Assembly: GCA_000320545.1 (NCBI GenBank)
Contig: ADNK01000157.1
Coordinates: 1-64,000, forward strand
Source: Bigelowiella natans CCMP2755
Lineage: Eukaryota > Protista > Cercozoa
Length of the DNA stretch: 64,000 nt
Direction of reading: 5' to 3'
Positions within the stretch are counted from its first letter, which is position 1, and the number at the start of each line of letters is the position of its first letter. Below the pieces are notes generated by a model, which had not been told where the DNA came from, did no database searches, and saw only the letters and a program-made list of their open reading frames with translations. Shown here in pieces: positions 55,607 through 64,000 of this stretch. The translations under genes and the position numbers were made by a program.

Positions 55607-58276
55607 CTAGAATCGGAGCGGATGGTAAAATTTCCCAATCCAACTACCATCGATTGAATTTCTAGAATTGTCCTCAGAACCTTCATCCATCATACGTTCA
55701 CATTCCTCTTTGTCGTGACATTGACGGTAGCTGTTCTGCGCGCTCTCGAAGTCGACTTTCATTCGATTATGGAAATCTTCTTTCGTCACATGTCCGTCCC
55801 AACGATATCTAGGAATGGATTTATTTTCAAAAGTCATCTCAAACAACGAAGCTGTCGATCAAGATGTTTTCGCCCCTCCCTGTCCCTCTTTCTCCTTTTG
55901 ATGAAAGGAATTACGCTCACGTTAAGAATTAGATGGGGAGGGGAGCCAGTTGAGTCACGTACGGATCTCCCAGGTGGTCCTCGTACAGCTCAAGGTACGA
56001 AAGCCCTTCCACAAGGCATATCATCGCCGGCGTCTCTTCAGACCATGCTATGGCACCCTCTGTTAGTTAGTTTAATCGAGAATGAGATTAAGATGTATCG
56101 ATAAATAAGAAGAGAGGGATCATAAGAATATCTGCTTTTTAGACATCTCAGCCACAAAGAAAGGTAGTACAGGAACCGCAGTCGGAATTTTCGTATTCGA
56201 GGACAGATCCTCGCCACATGACAACACGTGATACATGATAGGAACATACCCTTGCTCCAAGTCACCATTCGGTGTATAATCCTTGACGAGAACCTCTGGA
56301 CGTGCTCGCGGGTGTTTGCGCGCAATTGTTTCCCTTCTGAGATCCATGGATATAGCATAATTTCACAATATGAACACAACACATTCTACACTCGCATCTA
56401 ATTTTTAATTTCACACGCTCATCCGTCAAGGACCTGCTTTCTTGACGAACTCATCCAAAGCGACAGGATAAAAATACCTATTGTTTGATTTATTTGCGAT
56501 GAAGAGGCAGGCAGATGTAGGATTGTACACCCGTTAAAGATAGGTAAATAAAAAGATGAAGAGGAGGAGGGGGAGGAGGAGGAGGAGATAGCGAAAAATG
56601 TGACGCATGCCTAGTGTCACACACGCACAAACACACACACAACAGTTCTTGCGCCAAAAATGAAATGAAGTCACAGCACACGTCACACAGTTTCATCCAT
56701 ATACCACCCTGTGATTCATCCGCAGCAGCAAAACCAAAGGAGAAAAATAAAATAAAGATTCTTAACCATGTGGCGGTAATTGGGAGCAGCTCCGAAGCGA
56801 TAAAATCTCGATCCTCTGATGCATATGCGTTCAGAAGGGGACGAATATCACCCGTCACGCCAACGTCTTCCTGTTGATTCAAAAGGAGAAGCAGATTGAT
56901 TTGAAAATATATCATTCGTTCAGAGAGGAATAGCGAAAGGGAAAAACTCAAAAGGAGATGAGCTGACGCGACCTCTATCACCCAAACATAGCGGTATCGA
57001 TTGTCTCCCGGAGAGCTGCGGTAAGCCCCATTGCTGCTGCTGCTACTGTCCACTGCATTGTGCTTGAGGTGCCACAGAGCCAGTGCCTCGCTATGAAATC
57101 TTACACCAAATACACCACATCACTCTCGCCTTTGCTCCTAAAATTTCAAACAGATACACATTTTGCGGATATCATGTAGTTACCCCCAAGCCATGCTTCT
57201 GTCCTCCCTCTTTCCCGGGATGTCCAGGCGTCCCCGTGGCAGCCGTATCCTTGCTGCGTGTAGTTTGGGAAACTCTTCGACCATCGTGGCCTCGTCATAT
57301 GTGTGGATTTGCAGAATCCATGCCTTTTCCTTCTTCAAGTTCCCGCTATTCTCGTTTTTCAACGCCTGACGCATACGTCGTAGGGTCCTTTTCCCACAGG
57401 AATAGGTGACATCGATACTTACGTATACATCGTAGTTCGAAGATTGTTTGGTTTTCCACTGTCGTCCCAGTCTACGTTCTCGACCGTCTTCTTGGAGATG
57501 AGACGCATCCATATCTTGTTTTTCTACTTCTTCTTCTTCGTCTCCCTCTTTGTTGAGCTGCCTTGCCCAAGAAATCACCCGTGAGATCGTTGCTCGGGAC
57601 ATGTTGTGGGCGCGAATCACCACAGCATCCGGGTGAGTGCTTGCGCTGTAAAGTACATTTTATCATCTGCCATAACGATGAGTGTATGCATTCTGAAGAG
57701 GGAGAGAAAGGGAAAGAGAGGAGAGAAAGAGAGACAGGCATACCTTAGCTCGTTGTATGGCTTTGTGTTCGGGGATGGGAACTTGAACGAGACGAGCGAT
57801 TGTCCAGTAGCAGATGCACGGCGACCAATTGTGCTAAATTTGGTGTAGCACTGGCCGAAAATATCGGAGCTTTCCTCTTCAGGGTATTGATAGGTGAAAG
57901 CGACGCAATCCTCAATTTTGAGGCAGTGAATGTGGCAAGCGCCTGGGGACGGCTGCGATGCAAAATTGTATAATATGAGTTATAAGCCCAAACTGATACA
58001 TCCGTCATTAGTACCTGCAGCGTATGATCGATATCACTACCGTAATAGTCTATGTTACGCTCATATTGTGGCCCTTTTGGGATCGAGCTGGTTTTAGCCT
58101 CCCCAGCCCTCCTATTCGCAAAAGCGACGAATCCAGGGCCCCCTATATCGTAAAGAACAATATTAGCGAGAGATGTCATGGAACCTGTCAGCTTTCATGG
58201 TGATTAATTGTAGGGCTAGCATACCGGTGAAGCAGAGAATTAGGAAGAGTAGCAACGACAGGGGCTGGCGTCCCAT
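55607..58276 (-). CDS. Type II membrane protein with a PAN/Apple domain and a putative glycosyltransferase-like domain
   Basis: TM MGRQPLSLLLFLILCFTGMLALQLI. PAN/Apple pattern YERNIDYYGSDI..|PSPGACHIHCLKIEDCVAFTY..GQCYTKF..LVS (~58065-57790). GT-like YRYVWVIE|EDVGVTGD..LLNAY..DFI and C-terminal FYHPLRF-TAG at 55607. Confidence 0.65.
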
Positions 58277-58635
58277 AGGAGCCTTAAGCTTGTCAGTTTA
58301 CGACGAGCGGCCTCACTACCATGAGCACTACTTCGATGGGGTGAATACTTTCCCCGCAATAAAACTAATGAGAATAAGCGCTGCCCGCTCAGGAATGGGG
58401 GACAGCGGAAAGGATACGACGGCTCGTAATTCGGTCCGCCGCAGTGCTCTCGGTTGCCTTTTCTTGCTTTTTTTCCCGGTTTTTCCTATACGGCAACAAT
58501 ATACCCTTGTCGCGCATATAAATCACCAGGGATTTACTAAATAAATCCTCGGAATTGGAGGACGGAGAAGGCTGGATTTCCAGACAGAAGCCAGCTGCAT
58601 AGTAGCCAGTTGTACCACATCATTAAAAATACCCC

Positions 58636-59476
58636 ATGCTGGGTTCTATCCTGGTTGCGTTCCCAGCCACTCCCCTCCTAATCGCCACGAACCTTCTCAC
58701 CGCTCTACTCGTGCTCTCGTGGCTGCGATGCCGGAGAAGTTTGAGGGAGGGAGATGAAGATAGGTGCGAAGCCAGTGAAGAGTGTGCAGCAACGGCAACA
58801 GCTAGCTGTGGTTGTGGCCACGAGCAGTTAGAATCAGATAATGTTGAACTATTTACTTCAGATGTCGTCGAATCCGATCAGTTCAGGTTGAAAGACATGT
58901 GCTTTGCGAACTAGGAGGCCCATCGGCAGAGTTTCGGTCCTCATTTTCTTTCCTCTGATTCTACATGCAGTGATTTCGACGAGGTCGATAAAGCGTTGGT
59001 GCGAGAAGTAGCGACCGGAGGAAGCGTTAAATCTGAAAACAAAGGGGTTTGGTTAGATCGTGCGGAGAAAATTTCCTCTGAGTTTGGGCGACGAGTAACA
59101 CCTTCCCAGATATCGGAGAGGTGAGAAGTGTTCATCTGACCTAGGATCTAAATTGTCGATGGTAAATCTTTGCGCCTTTTTCTAGGTGGGAAACGATAGC
59201 ACCTAGAGTTTACGCAGCTGTGAGAGCAAACAATGTTACAAAGGATAAAAGCGGGCGCAAGCGGCATATCGAGATGCCTTGTGGAAACACCTGTAGTGCT
59301 TGCCCATCACAATCAACCTGTTCTTTTCATGATTCCGACGGTGGACTAGTGGTACGATTCCGTTGAATTTGGAAGAAACAAGGCAATGATTTTACATTTG
59401 ATTACACTAGGAACTCGAGGAGCTCTGTAATGTTGGCTCGAAACCTAAAAGGCAGAAATCAAAGGGAAGAGCTTAA
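58636..59476 (+). CDS. Small membrane-anchored Cys-motif protein (~190 aa); exons 58636-58886, 58971-59046, 59110-59120, 59186-59351, 59411-59476
   Basis: All four introns are GT-AG and phase-compatible. N-terminal hydrophobic helix (PLLIATNLLTALLVLSWL); C-terminal MPCGNTCSACPSQSTCSFHD..GGLV|ELEELC; stop TAA 59474-59476. Confidence 0.7.
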
Positions 59477-59559
59477 TTCGCACGAGAGACAGAGGCAGAA
59501 CGAACACGCGATGATGACTAGGTGAATGCAGCAGCATATTCTGTAGTCTCGACAGCAAG

Positions 59560-60080
59560 CATGTACAGACTTTAGTAGAATCAATCATTCTAATAGATTC
59601 GATGTTTGCCCGCTCTTCGCTAGATTTGACTTAGGCATGTGCGCAAAAAGTATTGTACAATGCATGAACGTGCGTACACGCCATCGCATGCACATATGTG
59701 AGACGGAAGATGCAATGACTAAGCACACATATGTGTGTGTACGTGCTTTGACCTATACATGTATGTTACGTTATGCCCGAATCAGCAAGCCCCATGCAAG
59801 CATACTAGCATTATATAGCATAGTGCATATAGCTTATAAGCTGTACGTACAATGCACAGAAAATATAATCAGATAGCCGAATAATAACCGTCTCCTCTTA
59901 CTTGCATCGTACGTCTTAGGAGGTGTCTCGAACACATGTGATACATCTAGCATGCTGCGCATGTACGCGCATGACGCAAAGGCTACTGCTTTTCTAGTTG
60001 GGATGTATATGCACGTGCGGAAAATCTCACGTATGCACTCTTTACTACCGATTCGATCCATGCATGCAAACGCGCAGATA
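59560..60080. repeat. Convergent-junction palindrome-rich tract J7 (degenerate)
   Basis: Near matches CATGCAAGCATA and CATACTAGCATT (~59793-59812) and CATCTAGCATG (~59944-59954), with many CATG/TGCA/GCGC words, between stops 59476(+) and ~60156(-). Confidence 0.6.
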
Positions 60081-60155
60081 ATCATTTGTCTCTAAATTGA
60101 TAACCAGCATCGTCCTGTGGTCAGAGCCTACTCTTTAACTAAAATCACCTCGCAC

Positions 60156-62156
60156 TCACATGGAACTGGATGGTGAGCCCATATAAAATTTTAGTGACAG
60201 CTTCAGAGTCAGATTTTCTTTCAGATCTTCTCCTTTAAGGGGAGGGGAATCATCTTCCCTGAACTCGGAGCGTGTTTTTATGAAACTAGCAATGTCTTGA
60301 GGAACCTATATGATTTTGATCATCAAGATTGAATCTATTCAGAATACTTCATAAAATTTGACTGAAAAAATGGCGCTTGCATCCGCATCGTGACTAAATA
60401 GGAGCACCAGGCTCGAGTATTTCCGGCTTGCCAGAAAACGAAGTGCCGTTATGCTTGTCTTCCTGATGAGCACTACTTTCGATTCCTGCCATAACGAGAC
60501 TGCAATAAGTTAATAAAGCAATGGGGATTTATTTCTGTGAGGACCTCCATCTTGCTCATCATGTAACATTTGTTAGGTGCTGTTTGATGAGATCCAAAGA
60601 AGAATAAATCATCGAGTCCCAATGCTTCCCTAAGCTCTTTCCAGCCATCGGATTTCTGACAAATCACCGCCGCTTAGTCCTCAACTCGAACAGATGGCAA
60701 ATGCGCAGCGCGGCGATATTCTTAACAACCTTAGAATCCTGTTCACAGAATTTCTTCTTGTAGTTTGATAGTTGATTCTTCCCTTCTGTTCCAACCTTGT
60801 TTAACGTTTCATCACTACACTTTGCCAAAACCTGGCAGAGCGCTGATATCTGGAGCGACGGGGCGCTTCGCAACCCGAGGAGAATCACAAGTCTCAAGTA
60901 CTAATTGTATAGAAAAGTCAGGAATATAATTTTGAAGCTCTCTTCTCCTCAATGAAGGCACCTGAGATTTCAATGATGTCCTTAAGCTTTGATCTATAGG
61001 GATCCCTCGATTGAAAATCGTGGCGATTGCATGTCCCAGTCCGAAGACAAGACTAGACAAGTCGACATCGAGCTGCCTCATCATTGCCCTCGAGGCCCTG
61101 TTCCAGCAATAAGTGTAGCTCACAATCTTCGATATCACTAAAAAATTGTTATGATTAAGTTGTTACTACCCCAGAGAAACAGCGAAAGCAACAATTCCTG
61201 ATATCATGCAGGGAATCAAGTGATACTCGCCAGTGGAGGCGATGAATCTTGCCATGTATTGCACGGACGGCGATGGGGCGAATATCTCGACAGTATGGTC
61301 TCTATCGTATTGATGAAAACAAAAACAAATGCGTTCTTAAGAATGTTGCCAGCAACTCATTTGATTGTTTAGATGCCTGCCTTTGCCGCCTCCAGTTGTG
61401 GTCCATCGCCCAAGTTGGCAGAATGTTAGTGTAGAATTGCGAGACCAGACGTCTACAATAGTCGTCATGGATCTGAACACAACACATTGCGATCATATTA
61501 CGCACTGTATGACTTGGCCTTCTCCTTCCTCAAACAAGGCCACGTACCTCTTTTGAACTTTCCGAAGTCGGAGGACCAGCTGTTCTTGTCCCCCAAATTT
61601 CCTGCAACAATGGGTTAAGTTTCCACAACTAAAATAAAAATGGGGAGAGGAAACAGACCCCGCGAAGGTAGATGCCGTCCACAAATTTCCGAATAACACG
61701 CAGGGGCATCAAAGAGCCCGATTTGGTAGAGGGCAAATTCTGAGCGTCCCCCTTCCCAATCACATTTTCCAGCGATTCTGTCTTTTGTGACGCTATTTTC
61801 TTCTCGGACTTAAATTTTTTCCATGCTTCGATGGCTTTTCTGGCATCGCAGGTTACAGGGCGATCCCGTCCGACAACAGTGAGCAGGATTTGGATGAGAT
61901 GGACACATCTTTCGATGTCCAAAAGTGCTCGCAGTGAGCGAAGTTCTGATCTCGAAGCGCTGCTGCCATTATTACCGCAGCGCTTCGTCTCAAGCTTCGA
62001 TACATCATCCAACAGAGAGAGCAGCCTAGTCACCAATCTCTGCAACTTACAAAAAACCCTGAGTAAGGGTAACCGAAAACACATTATCTCCAACGAAATG
62101 ATGGGAACCTTCTCCTCAATCGGAGACTGCTGCTGCTTTAATTCACCCTCTTCCAT
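60156..62156 (-). CDS. Uncharacterised multi-exon helical protein
   Basis: Successive minus-strand exon-like ORFs (61629-62156, 61302-61505, 60815-61138, 60664-60897, 60473-60667) separated by short introns. Start context ccaATGG at 62156; last exon ..KFYMGSPSSSM-TGA. No family recognised. Confidence 0.55.
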
Positions 62157-62486
62157 TGGTCTAATTGGGATCAGTCTCCAACGCTCTCCTCGCCGCCCCC
62201 GGTTCCCTTCTTTTAGCAGACAGCATGCATTGGGCAGCTAAGCGACGCCGCCCCTGCAGAGTGCTCCTTTACTCCTTCGCGAGGAGTATTTTTGTTTGTT
62301 GTTCCTTACGATAAAACCTGCACAATAATAATTCTACCCACGACGACGGGCGGACGTGCTTCAGAAACTCATTCATAAGATATTTTACCGTCGTTTTTTT
62401 TTCTTCTTCTTCTTCTTCTTCCAACAACAACAACAACAACAACAACAACAAGTCGCAAGGAGCACCTACATCGTCGGACCCGAACG

Positions 62487-63060
62487 ATGCCCTCCTCACT
62501 GGTGCGATGCTGTGTTGTGAGTGTCTGTGCGTGTTTGCGTGTTTGCGTGTGCTCATCATGTAGGAATCTGAGTGGGAAAATACTGTGGTTTGCTCTCTCT
62601 TATCTTAGACGAAGGGGGGGCGAGGACCCAAGAATGTACACCGGGGTGACCGATACGACCAAAATTCATTCGACCAGAATCTCCAGGACGAAATATATCA
62701 AATGACCTATGCAGCTCATGCTACTGAAATGAAAAACAAGGAGGAGGATCTCAAGGAGCTCGAGGGATTTCGACAGGCTCGCTCCACGGCCGGGGTGATG
62801 ATCTTCATGAACTTCTTTTGTTTTGTTCGTACCTAATCGAAGGACTGTGTGGCATGCGACAATTTGAGCAGCTTCAATACTTAATGACCATCTCTAAGCA
62901 CGAAATATTCTCTATCCTGTCAAAAATGCAAATCAGCTACAGGTTGACGAAGGAAAGAGACAGCAAACGAAGAGCACTGTCGCCAGCATAAAGCTGGCTC
63001 CAACGAAGACAAAGGAGAAGGAGATGCCTACGGTTGTAATTTATACACACCACACACACA

Positions 63061-63104
<44 letters not shown>

Positions 63105-63644
63105 ATTTGTGTTCAAATATCGGCTGTTCAACTTGAACTGTGTAAAACTGTTGGTACAGGTAGTTGTTGTGACGAAGAAGAAGAAACGAAAGCGCGGAGA
63201 CGTAAGATATCCACCTTCACGTCCAACCATAGACTAGGATTTCATGTCTTGGTTCGAATGATTTCCAAGTCGTCTATTCAGTGTACAGAACTTAACCACG
63301 TGGGGGAGCTTCTTCATGATATTGTTTATGGTGGTATGCAGAAGAAAAAGAAAAAGCTAAAAAAACAAAAGAAGGACAAGACCGCTGCAACCAGTAAAAC
63401 GGAATCACAGGAGAACGCGCTCGCTAGTCTTTTAAATGGGTCATACACTCATTTTGAGTTTATCGTGAATACACGGATGTACATTACAAAGCAATGGAGT
63501 GTTTGTTTCACATATCCCTCACCCCCTTAACAATGATATATAAATATTATATATTTAACCAAATAATAATAAGCGCCTGTCTGTCAGCCAAAGTAATTTT
63601 TACCTTATATCGTCAGGTATGAGGATTCTGGCGACGACGAGTAA
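62487..63644 (+). CDS. Small Lys-rich, probably nuclear protein with C-terminal LASLLNGYEDSGDDE motif (weak resemblance to FAM192A/PSME3IP1-type proteins)
   Basis: Exons read EMKNKEEDLKELEGFRQARS, VVVVTKKKKRKRGD and KKKKKLKKQKK..ENALASLLNG|YEDSGDDE-TAA (63642-63644). The family resemblance is inference only. Confidence 0.6.
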
Positions 63645-64000
63645 TAAATTAAACGATCGACAGTATACCTGTCGCTTGTACGCACTCACATTTTCCTCTA
63701 CTTCCGGCACATCACATGCAATCGCTAACAATTCAAGGCATCAATATCCGGCTGGGTGCGGATATAATACTAGCGTGCTTTATAAAATTCACAGTCAGAG
63801 TAGTTCAAAATTCTAATACATCAATTTTGATGCTCGAGCTATGATCCGTGCTTCTTCGTCTACATGTATTAAATACATCTGCCATGTGACGAGCAGCGAG
63901 CCAGCACATAGTTTACTACGTGCTCCTGCAGTGTGCAATCGAGTGTCAATGACCGTGTTATGTATCGTACTATAAAAGCGGGCAGCATACAGTAATGCGC

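Overview
Gene-dense, intron-rich eukaryotic nuclear DNA with a standard genetic code (TAA, TAG and TGA all end confidently identified genes). The organism is probably a protist or alga but cannot be assigned from this window. Most supplied ORFs are microsatellite or antisense artefacts, so genes were rebuilt by manual splicing; internal exon boundaries are approximate unless given explicitly. About 15 protein genes were recovered, in almost perfectly alternating orientation: HTATSF1/CUS2-like (+), Myb/SANT-like (-), secreted LamG protein (+), longin R-SNARE VAMP7-like (-), NAC alpha (+), glycosyltransferase-like (-), GT25-GT23 fusion (+), giant coiled-coil protein (-), tetraspanin (+), M1 aminopeptidase (-), FYVE protein (+), PAN/Apple glycosyltransferase-like (-), small membrane Cys-motif protein (+), unknown (-), small Lys-rich protein (+). 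The most striking unexplained structure is at the tail-to-tail junctions. All seven carry a tract of CATG/CTAG/TGCA palindromes and (TAGC)n. Five contain the exact 12-bp palindrome CATGCTAGCATG (8 copies), one has its CpG version CGCGCTAGCGCG, and one has near matches. Other points of note are degenerate splice signals, microexons, a GC-AG intron, a possible nested antisense gene, a frameshifted core exon in HTATSF1 and a candidate membrane-anchored Fe-S protein. No rRNA, tRNA, CRISPR array or transposase was recognised.
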